In this document: piece after piece, positions 1 to 11,180 of the stretch
Numbering within the stretch: the stretch's first letter is position 1
Layout: every line of letters starts with the position of its first letter
Notes under the pieces: model-generated
Told to the model about the DNA's origin: nothing
The model's input: only the letters and a program-made list of their open reading frames with translations
Databases searched by the model: none
Program-made: the position numbers and the translations under genes
NCBI GenBank assembly: GCA_000002435.2
Contig: CM018793.1
Length of the DNA: 64,000 nt
DNA from: Giardia intestinalis
Taxonomy: Eukaryota
Direction: 5' to 3' (one strand)

Positions 1-3000
1 CATCTGAATAGCTAGAGTCATCGGCTACTGGACGCTTCAATGTACCAAAGTTGAGGAAATTTATAACCGGACCCTCGGTCTCCGACGAGTCGCTTTCGGT
101 ATTTTCTTCCTGCTTATCATCCTCTTCTTGTTTCTCAGACCCTTGGCTCTGGTTGTGATCATCATCCAGTTCTCCAGCAAAGAGATCATAGCTACGTGTC
201 CGCTTTCGTACCGGCTCAAATCTACTCTGATCTGCTTCTACCGCTGGTGGCTTGAGTCCTTGGGCCTCACTACTGGTCGTCGCTTGGTTTAGAAGCTCTT
301 CATGGTGAATTGCGCGTGACTTGTCTTGCTTGTTTCGGCGAGTCCGATCCTGCTTCAGAACGGGTAGGTTCGTGATGTCGATTCCAGCAGCTAAAAAGTG
401 TGCCGCCTTCAGACCCACCGATGCTCCTTTAGCAGTCGGCTCTAAAACAATGAAGTACAACCGTTGGCCTTTGTAGTAACTGTTAGAGCACCTATTAGCA
501 TTATTTAAAACGATCTTTTCGCTGTTCATTGGTCCATGGCCGGACACGTCAATGGAGTCGCTGATCCTGGCTCGGACACGGGTCAAAGGGTAGCAATCCT
601 CAACGGTTATGAACACTCCTCGGTCATCCATTACATTGTCAACTCTGCCAATTAAACATGCACCAGCCTTAATGATAACGCTTGGATGCTTGATATTGGG
701 GTTGTTGACGACGGTAGGCTTAATTGTGCCATTGTATTGCGGCATGTCGTTGAATGTGCTTGTATCTAGGTAACGGACACGCACCATTGTGTTAGATGGG
801 TACTTCTCCTGTACTTCCTCTGGACTGATAAATTCCTCAGAGATCTCCTTCATCTTGACATGAATTGTGATGGACTCGGAGACCACAACTTGCAACCCTG
901 CACCTATCTTGGAGTATGGACGGATGAACCCGACATAGGTATCGTGTATAGACAGATCTTCGGCTGTTTGAGGAAGAAACAGCCGCTCTTGGCCGACGGA
1001 GATGAAGGAATGACGAGACATGGAGGAAACTTGAAAGTCTATAGGCCGCAGAGATATGTTGTCCGGGCCTATGCGAATGCATTTGTGGTACCCCAGGATG
1101 TCATGGACAAAAGCATCTGCATGGTTTGAGAAGTCTTGAGGGTCATTAAATAGCCTGGTTACGGAGAGCACCGGCGCCAAGAATAGGCCTCTTCGACTGC
1201 AGAACTCCACAGGAGATGTAGCTGTTAGGAAACACATAGATGTGTGCCCGTTGAGACGCAATGCACCTGAGGGCAGCACTTGGCAAATAGTATGCTGGAG
1301 CCCTGTGAGCGTGTTCGTTGGCTTAGTCATGGCTATGGAACACAGACCCACAGGTGAGGAAAGCATGTTCTCCTCTAGAGGGTCTAGCGTACCGATTCGG
1401 TTGATTCCGGCGACAATCACTGGATTAGGAACCTCTTTAGACGTGAAGGATGTTATTGTAATTAAACTGCCCTCTTTGTACAACTCTCGGAGCGGACGGA
1501 CAGCAGCAGGGGTCTCAAAAACATCAACTGCATGAACAAACACAAGGCAGTTATCAAATAGGTCTCGGAGAAGCATATAGTGCTCTGTCACGTAACGGAC
1601 CATGCCTATGGACGTGCACCCAGACTTGGAAAGAGCAGAGCGTAGCGCCCTAAGGCCTGCCATGGAGAGTGACGCTGGATATAAGTCTACAATTTCGCAG
1701 GACTGCTCACCTGCTGCGGAGTCAGTATCAGCACAAATAGTAGAAAGCTCCTGGTCACCATGCAACGTAACAAGGCTTCTGACACAAACATCGACAATGC
1801 TATCTGATGCTGAGTGATGCCCATGCTTTTCAAAGTATGCCGTAAGAGTGAGTTCCCCACCTGCAACGAATTTGATTATTTCTTCACTAAAGGCAGTGAT
1901 CAGCGAAGAAAGCTGTGCTGGCTTTGTGGAGGTCTCTACTAGCTTAGCTACAAGCCGGCTGAGTAATACAGCCTCAAGGGTCATGCGTCCAACGATGCCC
2001 GACCCCAGATCATAGATGGCACAGTATGCATCTGGGCTCGTGTTTGAAAAAAGGTAGCTTCCCTTTAGTATAGATCCATTTTGGCAATCACCTGCTGAGG
2101 AAATCCCATCGTTTAGCTGTTGAGTCTGTGGAAGCACTAGCCTGGTATACCTTGTTGCAATCGAACTATCAACCATAGACTCAATCTTTTGCGCCCCGAG
2201 AGGAGCCTTGAAGACCCCATTGTGGCAGTATCCGCTAATACTTACATCAACTTTCCTGTCCCGATTTGCGCGGCGCTCTCCCACCTTTACAACACGCACC
2301 TGGATAAGAGTCAATGGACAGATGTTGTCAAGTTCATGGTTTCCAAAATCAGGATAGAATATCTCAGTATTCGCGGACAATCGAGCAGTGAGCCCGCTGA
2401 CTGACATATGTGTAACGACAGCTTGATAGGTCTGTCCTCTTGTCATGACATCTGTTTCTGCCGGAAGAACATGCTCCTTGTTAGCAAGAAAGCTAGAGCT
2501 AGCTCCAATATACACAGAAACCCTATCTCGAGTGGACAGTATGGTGAGGAGCCGAATGCATGGCAGGATAGAGAAGACATCCTGCTCTTCCTCAGAGTCG
2601 TTGGCTCCCAAATAAAGCCTAACAAGCTCAGCGGACTTGCCAGGAAAGGCTATGCAGCCATGCGGGAGGAAGACATGGATGGACTCCTCCTGTGCTCCGG
2701 AGAGCTTGACCCCGAGCTTGAATCCTCCGAGTGCAATGCTCCTTATTTCCACCGTGGCATTTTCCCTGCTCAGAATGGTGCCCAGGGGTATCTTATTACT
2801 ACAGTCCCCGTCCACAGTGAAAGAATAGGGTAGCTCAAATTTAATAAAGTGCCGATAGTTAAGTACCCTCATCAGACCATCAGCATAGCTTGACCGCAGC
2901 TTAGCAGCGTCGTCTCCGCGCTGTGATTCTGAAAGACGATCTACGGTCGTGTACTTCTCGTCGTTTCTCACGCAAATGAATTCATAGACTTGGCCTATCT

Positions 3001-4537
3001 CCATTCCATTGGCATTGGCACATATTCCATTATACAGATTAGTGAATTGAATGACGGCCGAGCACTTTGCGTTGTCAATGAAGCTTGTCACAACCCCTCG
3101 AGATACCATCCCTGGCTTTACAGTGTCTTTAGAAGAGAAGAGGGGATCCGAGCCTAGATTGGCAAGCGATAGGTAATAGACTTGCCGTGGCTCATCATAT
3201 GCAATTACTCGAAGTGTGCCATGATGCCTATTAATGTTAAGCCCGACTGGAATGTTGTGACCCTTTAGGTGTGAACCGTAATGAGGCTGATTAATCATGC
3301 CATGAAGAGAGCGTGCTGGTGAGACCTCTATGCTAACATGTACCCCAGTATCAAGAACCTTTGTGACCTTGACAGGTATTTTCTTATCAATGATCATACC
3401 CGAGTGGTACTCAGCTTCGGTGGACGAGACTATATCTCCTGGATTTGCAGTTCCTATATAGAGATCGTCAAACTGTCTATACCCTATGATCTTTGTTTTC
3501 AAGTTAATAGGCTCGCCTATCTGCGCTTCGGCTGCTGCACCATGGTGTGTAGATTCGACTGGTATGTAGACAAACGACGAGAGATCGGAGTCTAGAGAAG
3601 CGTACACAGCGCCCTTTACTGTTTGGACCATGGTCAGCTTTCCTTCTTGAAGTACCTGGCCAACACTATAGATCTGTGTTGGTGCGGCGTGATCCAAAAC
3701 AGAGTCCATGTTAGATAAATAGATAAGCGGGCCATCAACGTCGGTCGATTGCGGATTCAGATCTAGATAGATCACTTTGAACTTTCCTTGGAAGCCTGTG
3801 TATGTTGCATATCCACTACTGGGATCAGCGGGCCGCCGGAAATGCTCAGACAGGACATACCCATAAAGCTTGGCAGAGCGCATGCCCTTCTGACTAGACT
3901 TTCCTCCTGTGCTGATAAGGCGCACCACAGAATGCGTTGATGCGTTATGCACCACCTCTGCTTTGATGATCTGCCCTGGGACAACCTGATTATAGCCGTC
4001 AAAGGCTGCAGCTGCAGTTAGATCAAGTTTTTGAAGGGAAACCTGCAGAAGTGTTCCTGAGGCGTTAAGATCGACAACCGCACATTGAACGACAAGTCCT
4101 GGCTTGAGCCTGGAATGGAGCTCCTCGGGCACTCTAGATTTGGAAAGGAAGCAGCTCGTTTCCCGGGCATCCTTAACTTCTGCGATCCAGCCGTGGTCCT
4201 CAACTGTTTCTATCTGACAGACAACTAGAGATTTGCGCGAAAAGTCGCGCTGGTGAAAGAGAGAGGGCTTGAGGCCTAAGATGGGCTTTCCTGTGGCATC
4301 TTGGCCAACTACAACACCGAGTACGTAATCACCAGCCTTATATAGTTCTGTGAGGGGCCTTACGCGTTCGGAGTCTATTGCGTTAACATCGGAAACGTTC
4401 CCAAGTATTCCAAACGGAAGATTAACAAGCATGTATTCTGGGCGCACATTAGCAACTATTGCGAGGACCATGGTGCCCCTGTGGAGCTGCGAAGCCGCCG
4501 GGCGAGCGGTCGTGAGGAGCTGATAGTCGCTGGACAT
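1..4537 (-). CDS. S1 RNA-binding-domain repeat protein, RRP5-like rRNA biogenesis factor (N-terminal ~1512 aa; C-terminus beyond window start)
   Basis: ATG at 4537..4535 is the first ATG after an in-frame stop (4592-4594). Hand translation of the minus frame (codon low coordinate = 2 mod 3) stays open to position 1, spot-checked at 1-120, ~3000 and 4400-4537. No ORF >=60 aa appears in this frame in the track, consistent with one ORF running off the edge. Repeated S1-like G-x-x-V-x-G-x-V motifs (GDYVLGVVVG, GMVSRGVVTSF, GQTYQAVVTHM, GAGLQVVVSE) and an acidic Ser/Glu-rich tail. Confidence 0.5.
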   Translation of the reverse strand, partial: MSSDYQLLTTARPAASQLHRGTMVLAIVANVRPEYMLVNLPFGILGNVSDVNAIDSERVRPLTELYKAGDYVLGVVVGQDATGKPILGLKPSLFHQRDFSRKSLVVCQIETVEDHGWIAEVKDARETSCFLSKSRVPEELHSRLKPGLVVQCAVVDLNASGTLLQVSLQKLDLTAAAAFDGYNQVVPGQIIKAEVVHNASTHSVVRLISTGGKSSQKGMRSAKLYGYVLSEHFRRPADPSSGYATYTGFQGKFKVIYLDLNPQSTDVDGPLIYLSNMDSVLDHAAPTQIYSVGQVLQEGKLTMVQTVKGAVYASLDSDLSSFVYIPVESTHHGAAAEAQIGEPINLKTKIIGYRQFDDLYIGTANPGDIVSSTEAEYHSGMIIDKKIPVKVTKVLDTGVHVSIEVSPARSLHGMINQPHYGSHLKGHNIPVGLNINRHHGTLRVIAYDEPRQVYYLSLANLGSDPLFSSKDTVKPGMVSRGVVTSFIDNAKCSAVIQFTNLYNGICANANGMEIGQVYEFICVRNDEKYTTVDRLSESQRGDDAAKLRSSYADGLMRVLNYRHFIKFELPYSFTVDGDCSNKIPLGTILSRENATVEIRSIALGGFKLGVKLSGAQEESIHVFLPHGCIAFPGKSAELVRLYLGANDSEEEQDVFSILPCIRLLTILSTRDRVSVYIGASSSFLANKEHVLPAETDVMTRGQTYQAVVTHMSVSGLTARLSANTEIFYPDFGNHELDNICPLTLIQVRVVKVGERRANRDRKVDVSISGYCHNGVFKAPLGAQKIESMVDSSIATRYTRLVLPQTQQLNDGISSAGDCQNGSILKGSYLFSNTSPDAYCAIYDLGSGIVGRMTLEAVLLSRLVAKLVETSTKPAQLSSLITAFSEEIIKFVAGGELTLTAYFEKHGHHSASDSIVDVCVRSLVTLHGDQELSTICADTDSAAGEQSCEIVDLYPASLSMAGLRALRSALSKSGCTSIGMVRYVTEHYMLLRDLFDNCLVFVHAVDVFETPAAVRPLRELYKEGSLITITSFTSKEVPNPVIVAGINRIGTLDPLEENMLSSPVGLCSIAMTKPTNTLTGLQHTICQVLPSGALRLNGHTSMCFLTATSPVEFCSRRGLFLAPVLSVTRLFNDPQDFSNHADAFVHDILGYHKCIRIGPDNISLRPIDFQVSSMSRHSFISVGQERLFLPQTAEDLSIHDTYVGFIRPYSKIGAGLQVVVSESITIHVKMKEISEEFISPEEVQEKYPSNTMVRVRYLDTSTFNDMPQYNGTIKPTVVNNPNIKHPSVIIKAGACLIGRVDNVMDDRGVFITVEDCYPLTRVRARISDSIDVSGHGPMNSEKIVLNNANRCSNSYYKGQRLYFIVLEPTAKGASVGLKAAHFLAAGIDITNLPVLKQDRTRRNKQDKSRAIHHEELLNQATTSSEAQGLKPPAVEADQSRFEPVRKRTRSYDLFAGELDDDHNQSQGSEKQEEDDKQEENTESDSSETEGPVINFLNFGTLKRPVADDSSYSD

Positions 4538-4624
4538 AGTATTTAATTTTAAATGCAAAGGAAGAATCGCCGTTGCAATTAAAACAACACTTCACAGCTA
4601 TGCAGTAAATTCCGAGTCGTCAGG

Positions 4625-5434
4625 ATGTCTGTTTCAGGCTTAAAGCCAAAGATGGCCTCGCAAGCATACGAGATGCTTGAACGTCAGATGATGGAGATCA
4701 CAAACCCCAAGCAGCTAAAGGACCAGCTGGTAAGCCTGTGCCGTGAAATCCAAGATCTGGTACGAGAATCCGAATGCATGGATAAGATACTTGGGCGCCA
4801 AGTCCATGCACTTAGTAAGGCAGAAAACGTCGGCGACACCGCGGTTACACAAAAACTTGACCTTTTGCGAGCTGAGTTGGCACAAGTGGTTAGTGAGGAA
4901 AAGGAGCTTACGGAGCAGGTTAGAGCTATGAAGCGGACAGCAGCCAAAAAGGGACAGGAGGCCAAACGAATTCGGACTGAAGCTGGCAACGCGATTAAAG
5001 TGGATGGCATCGATCGCTTCCCCGTGACGCTAGCAGAGGTTGAAGCCTTCCTCCTACAGAGACCAGATGTCACCAGGGCTGAGGTTGATGAGGGAATTGA
5101 GTTTCTTTGCAAAGAACATGAGAGTTTAAAGGCAATAATCGAGCAGTACATTAATGCAAAGGCGGAAGCAGAAAGTGAGGTTCATGGGGAGTTGGCGGAG
5201 CTAGGCAAAAAATTCGCCAAGCTTAATCGCGAAAGAGCAAAGCTATCGATGGACCTCGAAAAGCAACTCCACTGGATCCACATTCTTACAATTAGACTGC
5301 GGAGCGTGCGTCGCGCAGCTCAGGCGGCCGCGAAATCGCCCCAGGCACGGAAATCCGTGACCTCTCCCAATATTCCTATGGATTCTGGTGCAGAAAGAGG
5401 CCCTGCCAAAGCAAAGAAAATCCCGGTTCGGTAG
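4625..5434 (+). CDS. coiled-coil hypothetical protein
   Basis: 269-aa ORF. Heptad-rich, charged and protein-like composition. Starts 88 bp from the divergent RRP5-like gene. Confidence 0.55.
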   Translation: MSVSGLKPKMASQAYEMLERQMMEITNPKQLKDQLVSLCREIQDLVRESECMDKILGRQVHALSKAENVGDTAVTQKLDLLRAELAQVVSEEKELTEQVRAMKRTAAKKGQEAKRIRTEAGNAIKVDGIDRFPVTLAEVEAFLLQRPDVTRAEVDEGIEFLCKEHESLKAIIEQYINAKAEAESEVHGELAELGKKFAKLNRERAKLSMDLEKQLHWIHILTIRLRSVRRAAQAAAKSPQARKSVTSPNIPMDSGAERGPAKAKKIPVR

Positions 5435-5501
5435 CTCAAACATGCAAGAGGCAGTGCAGCGTCTTGGGACCGCGTAAGTAGCAGAATTAGTTTACTGTCC
5501 A

Positions 5502-6815
5502 CTACTTGGACTGGGACTGCGCCTCTCCTACAAATGGAAATGCAAAGTGCGGTGTTTGCTGTCCTGGGGACATCTGCATCGGCGCGAGTACTTGACCCTG
5601 CATGCCGTTCATCATCGGCATGGGCATGTGCACCATCTGGTAGCCAGGGATCTGGAACATATCGGTACCCTTCACCTGCGATGAGGTAGTGGGAGGAAAC
5701 GGATTCATCTCTCCTATGGGTCCTTGACTCGGATAGTAAACGGGGACATAGACTACCTGAACCGGCTGTTGGTTTGGCTGGGCGGAAGCTATGGGAGCAG
5801 ACATAACGGGGATGTTGCTGGCCATCACGTAGGGCTGCTGGCCGGGCTGTTGAACCATGGCCATCTGTTGGGTGTTCTCTGTGGGTCTTCCCATATTCTT
5901 CTCGAGAGCCATTACATCTATCGGCGGCGCCTGCTGCCCTCCGCCTGGCTTCAACATTAGTTGAATGTTGTCTTTCTGGCCATCGTGAGGCTTCTGAACA
6001 ACACTAGACGGAGGAGTACTGTCCTTTGTGGTTTTAGTGCTTGTTATCTTAATAGTAATCTTCTGCGAGGCAGAAGTGGCAGTGAGCTCCGGCTTTGAGA
6101 CAGAGTCAGCCCCTTGAGCGATTGCAGCCTTTTCCGCGGTCTTCTGGGTATTAATAACGACCTTTACAGGGGCCCCCGGCGGCGTGGCGGGCTCTGATTT
6201 ATCAGGTGCTGCATCATGTTTTTCCTTCTTAGATGTGTGCGTTTTAGGCTTAGATGATGTGGCAGATTCTTTAGAGTTGTTAGTCGGACCGGCATCTGAG
6301 GGCCCCGCATTCTCCTTCAAAGCTGGGCTCTTGGAGGTGATCTGCAAGACTCTTTTATTATCAGCATTATCCTCGCCCTTATGTGTAGAGTCGCTGGTTG
6401 TTCTGTGCTTCTCAGGCGTAATTTCGTGACTCACCGCTTTAGTAGAGCCCTCACCATTAGTGGGCCCAGTGTGCTTCGCGGTTTGCTGTCTTTTATGCTC
6501 GTTTCTATTCGGCCGTCTGTCGTTGTACTCGCGTCTCCTAGGATTGGGTCCCCCGTGACCAGAAGGCCTGTGGAGACTCTTATTTATCGGATTGCTGATC
6601 CATGGATGATAATTTGGAGAAATGAGTAGGTCAATTGCCTTGTCGAAATCGAAGTTTGTCTCCCGCAGAGTTGCCTCACAATCCTGCTGTCCTCGTTGAA
6701 TATCAAAGTCCTTCATCGTAAGCATAACCTTCTTCACCATCTTTTCCTGTTCCTGAGTGAGACTGGCCCCGCTGCTCCGCCCAGACTCCTGGTGGCCGTA
6801 CCGCATGGCTTGCAT
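5502..6815 (-). CDS. hypothetical protein with N-terminal UBA-like domain and Q/P/M-rich low-complexity tail
   Basis: 437-aa ORF. N-terminus EQEKMVKKVMLTMKDFDIQRGQQDCEATLRETNFDFDKAIDLLIS fits a UBA/CUE-like three-helix pattern. The C-terminus is Q/P/M-rich and prion-like. Confidence 0.5.
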   Translation of the reverse strand: MQAMRYGHQESGRSSGASLTQEQEKMVKKVMLTMKDFDIQRGQQDCEATLRETNFDFDKAIDLLISPNYHPWISNPINKSLHRPSGHGGPNPRRREYNDRRPNRNEHKRQQTAKHTGPTNGEGSTKAVSHEITPEKHRTTSDSTHKGEDNADNKRVLQITSKSPALKENAGPSDAGPTNNSKESATSSKPKTHTSKKEKHDAAPDKSEPATPPGAPVKVVINTQKTAEKAAIAQGADSVSKPELTATSASQKITIKITSTKTTKDSTPPSSVVQKPHDGQKDNIQLMLKPGGGQQAPPIDVMALEKNMGRPTENTQQMAMVQQPGQQPYVMASNIPVMSAPIASAQPNQQPVQVVYVPVYYPSQGPIGEMNPFPPTTSSQVKGTDMFQIPGYQMVHMPMPMMNGMQGQVLAPMQMSPGQQTPHFAFPFVGEAQSQSK

Positions 6816-6918
6816 TTAATTAGCAATTTAGATGATTTTTAAAATGGAATCGATTCACTCCACAATTCTGATGGCAAATCCACAAGATTTGCATTTCACT
6901 TAAAAACATTTCAAGTCC

Positions 6919-8439
6919 ATGCTTGACGCTAACAGGGCTGTGCTCGACACCATCCTGAGGAGCTTCCGCGAGGCTGAGAATGTCTGGGAGACATTCTTTA
7001 AGATCTGTGAAGTACCCCATGGCTCCTACAACCAAGAGCAGATCATTCCGTTCTACACGTCGTTCTTTGATAACCTCAAGACTAGCATTTCTGGACTCAC
7101 ATACTCGGTAGACGGACTTAAGAACATAATCGTACGAGTTCCAGCCACACCGGGCTATGAGCGTGTCCCTGGCATATGTTTGCAAGGCCACAGCGATATG
7201 GTCTGCGTGAAGACGGCGGATTCGTCTCATGACTTCAAGAAGGACCCCTTGATGCTCCGCGTGGTACAGAAGGATGGAAAGGAGTGGTTAATGGCCACCG
7301 GGACAACCTTGGGGGCAGACAACTCCATAGGCGTTGCCATCGGGATTGCCATTTTGCTGGAGTGCGCCAAGGATAAAACCTTCTTGCACGGACCGTTGGA
7401 GCTATTTATCACGTCTGACGAAGAAGTTGGCCTCCTCGGAGCTGCTGGAATGGAAGAAAACTGCCTAACGTCGAAGTATCTCCTGAACTTGGACTCAGAA
7501 GACTTCGGAGAGATATGTGTCAGCTGTGCAGGCGGGTTTCGCGTTACGTTCACGCATACAATCAAGCGCGTAGACGCCGGCACTGATCCTTACTATAAGC
7601 TCCATCTATCCAAACTTAGTGGTGGACACTCTGGCTGTGATATCCACCTATATCGTGCTAACACCATCAAATTGATGGCACGCCTTGTTTCGAAGATTCC
7701 AGGTGCCAGGCTCTGCGCCCTCTCTGGTGGCTCTGCCCATAACGCCATCCCAGGGTCTTGCCAGGCGGTCATCACGTGTCGCTCAGACATTACGCCCGCA
7801 CATATTGCCAAGATTTGGGACGAGATTTATATTGCATACAAACCCACAGATCCCCACGCAGTTCTTTCTGTGGAGAAACATACGCAGCAGATCAAGCCCC
7901 TTTCTCAAGCTGACAGTGACAAGATACTCAACTTTATTACTGTCATCCCGCACGGGCCAATTCGCTTTTCACCAACTGTAGAAAACTTTGTCGAAACTTC
8001 TTTCGCAGCCACGATCGTGAAGCTTACTGAAGGAGAAACTGAATTCTCTCTTCTGGGTAGTGGGCGCTCCTCCATAGAGTCTGAATTGGATGGCGTCTAC
8101 GAGCGTCTTAAGGCGTTGGCCAGTCTTGCCGGATTCTCTATCTCTGAGCAGCAGTCAAGGTACCCGGGGTGGCCAGCCAATATGGAAAGCGTCTTTCTGA
8201 AGCAGGCAATCGAGAGCCACGAAACCTTGATTGGCTTTAAGCCTCATGTCGGCGCTGTGCATGCGGGCCTGGAGGCGGGTCTTATTTGCAAGAAGTGTCC
8301 TGGAATGGACGCGATTTCAATAGGACCCACTATAAAGAATCCTCATTCTCCCCAGGAGGCATTAGAGATATCCACTGTGGCGCCAATTTACAGACTGACG
8401 CGCGCTATAGTCTCTGAGTTGGCGGCGAAGTACAAGTAA
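6919..8439 (+). CDS. pepD: aminoacyl-histidine (Xaa-His) dipeptidase, peptidase family M20 (PepD)
   Basis: 506 aa with M20 metal-binding motifs GHSDMVCVK, GADNSIGVA, SDEEVGLLGA and HSPQE. Confidence 0.9.
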   Translation: MLDANRAVLDTILRSFREAENVWETFFKICEVPHGSYNQEQIIPFYTSFFDNLKTSISGLTYSVDGLKNIIVRVPATPGYERVPGICLQGHSDMVCVKTADSSHDFKKDPLMLRVVQKDGKEWLMATGTTLGADNSIGVAIGIAILLECAKDKTFLHGPLELFITSDEEVGLLGAAGMEENCLTSKYLLNLDSEDFGEICVSCAGGFRVTFTHTIKRVDAGTDPYYKLHLSKLSGGHSGCDIHLYRANTIKLMARLVSKIPGARLCALSGGSAHNAIPGSCQAVITCRSDITPAHIAKIWDEIYIAYKPTDPHAVLSVEKHTQQIKPLSQADSDKILNFITVIPHGPIRFSPTVENFVETSFAATIVKLTEGETEFSLLGSGRSSIESELDGVYERLKALASLAGFSISEQQSRYPGWPANMESVFLKQAIESHETLIGFKPHVGAVHAGLEAGLICKKCPGMDAISIGPTIKNPHSPQEALEISTVAPIYRLTRAIVSELAAKYK

Positions 8440-8548
8440 ACTGGAGTAGGCTGACAGGTGACGTAGGCCATCGTACACTGATGGCAGAGACCGTGCGCAA
8501 TGTAAGTTTACAAGGCAGAATCGGGTCCGGACTTCCGCCCTCAGAATA

Positions 8549-9763
8549 TCATGGAGTGGGGTGGTCAGGACTCTCATTCTCCTCATCAAACTCGCAAGTG
8601 TTATAGTCTGGTGCTTGGTCATTGGTCGGATCATTTGGTAGTATACTAGTGTCAGCCCTGGTTGGTGACTCTTCTATAGTTGACTTGGTCAGAGTTCTAG
8701 ATTGTCTAGTCTTTTCAGGCGCCTTCGACTTTTTCGCGCCGCTTGTCGTGGTCGTAGGGCTGTTGCTTGACTTTCCGGTCCTGTATTCTCCGGTGAGATA
8801 TGTTTCATATCGCCGCCTCTCCTCTTCTTCAACCTGCTTGCTTTGCTCTATTCTGCGCATTAGCCTCTGCTCTTGCTTCTTCAATCGCCGGAGCTCATCT
8901 TCGTTGGCCCGACGTTCCATTTCTAAGCGATCCATTTCCTTCTGCTGTCTTTCCTTCGACCTTGTTATCCAGTACATCTTTGGGTCGTCGCAAATAGCAT
9001 TTGCGTTCATCGCTTTTGCTTGTGCAACAAGCTCCTTCTGGCGCTTATCCCACTCTTTCCTCTTCTCGGCGAGCATTTGGGCCACCGATGCACGATAGCT
9101 AGCAGCTTCTTCTCGATTCTTGTTTTGAATATCCTCTCTGTTTCGAGCAGCGTTTTCGTGGAGGGAGGCGGCCATCTGCTTGACCGTTTCTCGCAGCTCT
9201 GCAGAGTTGTCGACACGCGCCTGCATAACAAGCTCCATTTCACGCTTCATCCGATCGGCCTCTTCACGCTTGAGCTTCATTTGCTCTGCTATGTCTGTTG
9301 CATTTTTGGCCTTAGCCTCTGCCATCTTCGCTTCGGCCTCCAATTTGCGGAGCCTTGTCTGCTGCATCCAAACTTCCTTGTAGGATGCAAAGACGTTTGA
9401 TTTCTTGTCAGTCATGTTAGTTGTATCCTTACGCCTCTTGGACGAAGCGGCGTTCGGGCTAGGGCTATCTGAACTCTTGTGCATTTTATTGCTAGGGGCT
9501 TTTCCGCCATTGCCTCCGTGCTTAGCTTTTCTTGGGACTTGGTGCGCATTAGAAGCGCTCCTGTCTAAGCGCTCAGGGTGCTGTGAAGCGGACCCACTGA
9601 GAGCGTCATTTGGTTCCTGTTGATGCTTAGTTTCCTTAGCCTCCGGCTCTTGTCCAACTGCTTCACCTGCTTCTAGGTTCTGCTTTTCATCGAGTAGCAT
9701 TTCCTGTTGGATTGCGGATGCGTCCTTCACTGGCTGCCCACCACCCGACATCTCAGTGGTCAT
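8549..9763 (-). CDS. K/E/R-rich coiled-coil hypothetical protein
   Basis: 404-aa ORF with a long charged heptad region (EAEAKMAEAKAKN...RLKKQEQRLMRRIEQ). Confidence 0.55.
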   Translation of the reverse strand: MTTEMSGGGQPVKDASAIQQEMLLDEKQNLEAGEAVGQEPEAKETKHQQEPNDALSGSASQHPERLDRSASNAHQVPRKAKHGGNGGKAPSNKMHKSSDSPSPNAASSKRRKDTTNMTDKKSNVFASYKEVWMQQTRLRKLEAEAKMAEAKAKNATDIAEQMKLKREEADRMKREMELVMQARVDNSAELRETVKQMAASLHENAARNREDIQNKNREEAASYRASVAQMLAEKRKEWDKRQKELVAQAKAMNANAICDDPKMYWITRSKERQQKEMDRLEMERRANEDELRRLKKQEQRLMRRIEQSKQVEEEERRRYETYLTGEYRTGKSSNSPTTTTSGAKKSKAPEKTRQSRTLTKSTIEESPTRADTSILPNDPTNDQAPDYNTCEFDEENESPDHPTP

Positions 9764-9842
9764 TTAATTTTAATTGCTTTTATTATTCGCCAATATTCTG
9801 AAATAACAACAAGAAACAGGGTAAGAAAAAGCATCAGAGGTC

Positions 9843-11180
9843 ATGTCGATGGACGTTCCTAACGGGCTTTGCTGTCGTTACTGCGGTCGACGATGGTTTA
9901 AGCATGATATTCAAGTTCATGAGAAAAACTGCAGACTCAAGATCCTATCCACCATTAAAGTTCTTGAGGGAAGGTACCATAAAATGCACATCCCGGCTCC
10001 TCCTGAATGGGAACCGTGGATTCTGCCCCCAAAAGTGTCACTGGCTGAATACAACAACTATGCAAGTCGTTTCTATTCGTCCACAATGCCGGAATGCCCC
10101 TCGTGTTTGCGGAAATTTCCTATTACAGCACTGAATGAACACATCAACGAATGTACAGAGAGCCTAGGGAGAAGCATGGGTGGGACAGTTGGCGGTGGTC
10201 TCGGGGCCACTGGTGGCGCTACGAAGAAGCTTAAGGCCTCTTTGGGTCCAGATGAGGGCCGTGCTACCCAGAAGCCTAAGCTCAAACCAAAGCCTCAGCC
10301 TCAGCCCACGTCAGGCCCAGGAATTGACAACAAGTTTGGCGGTCCTCCTGTGTCAAGACAAGGCCCCGATATGGGGGCACGAGCAGGCGGCGCAGACATG
10401 AAGATCGGTGGCAGCGGGAAGGGTACGTATAACTTTGACAACATAGAGGTGGAATCTGGCGGTGTGGACGGCCGCATAGAGTGCCACAGGTGTGGACGCA
10501 AGTTTGCTCCTGACCGCATAACGCAGCATGAGCGCATATGCAACAAGCTTAAGGCTCTTCCGGATGAAGTAGATAAGGCGGCAGATGGGGACACAAACTA
10601 TGCCCGTACCCGTGAGCCCGATCCCTCTAGGTTCAAGAAAAATGGTACGACTGGATTCAACAAGGCAAACATAGTCCCTAAGACCCTTACTAGCAGTGGA
10701 GATCACGATAGCCGAAGCCCGCCAATAAAGTCCAGCTCTAATGCCGCTGCACGTGGAAAGCCATTTGGTGGAAAAGGAATGGGTGGAAGCGCTCCATTTG
10801 GCGGCGGCGGTGGTGGCATGAATGATGGACGTGTCGAGTGTAGGCGCTGTGGCCGTAAATTTGCACCTGACCGCATAGATAAGCATGAGAGTATATGCAA
10901 GAACATTCAGAATATGGATCCTAGGGCTAACAATCCCAATCTTCGAGAGAACATGATTGCTACGTCGCGTGCAAGCACAATTGGGTCTTCTGGAGCAGGT
11001 ACTAGGCAGAGTGGAAATATGGGGAGAAGCATGGGTCCTCAAAGAGGCTCTGGGGCACCCACTCGAGCTCCTCCTGCGCGCTCTGCCACTGGCGGACAGT
11101 CAAAGTTTTGTAGTGAGTGCGGGTCGAAGTTCGCTTCAGACACAGCGAAATTCTGTATGGAGTGTGGCTCAAAGCGCTAG
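9843..11180 (+). CDS. C2HC-type zinc-finger protein (zf-C2HC_2 repeats plus C-terminal double zinc ribbon)
   Basis: Repeated C-x2-C-G-R-K-F-A-P-D-R-I-x2-H-x3-C motifs (CHRCGRKFAPDRITQHERIC, CRRCGRKFAPDRIDKHESIC). C-terminal KFCSECGSKF...KFCMECGSKR. Confidence 0.7.
   Translation: MSMDVPNGLCCRYCGRRWFKHDIQVHEKNCRLKILSTIKVLEGRYHKMHIPAPPEWEPWILPPKVSLAEYNNYASRFYSSTMPECPSCLRKFPITALNEHINECTESLGRSMGGTVGGGLGATGGATKKLKASLGPDEGRATQKPKLKPKPQPQPTSGPGIDNKFGGPPVSRQGPDMGARAGGADMKIGGSGKGTYNFDNIEVESGGVDGRIECHRCGRKFAPDRITQHERICNKLKALPDEVDKAADGDTNYARTREPDPSRFKKNGTTGFNKANIVPKTLTSSGDHDSRSPPIKSSSNAAARGKPFGGKGMGGSAPFGGGGGGMNDGRVECRRCGRKFAPDRIDKHESICKNIQNMDPRANNPNLRENMIATSRASTIGSSGAGTRQSGNMGRSMGPQRGSGAPTRAPPARSATGGQSKFCSECGSKFASDTAKFCMECGSKR

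Noticed and set aside
6820-7230. 136-aa minus-strand ORF
   Set aside because: Overlaps the N-terminal third of the well-supported PepD dipeptidase in antisense. No features of its own.
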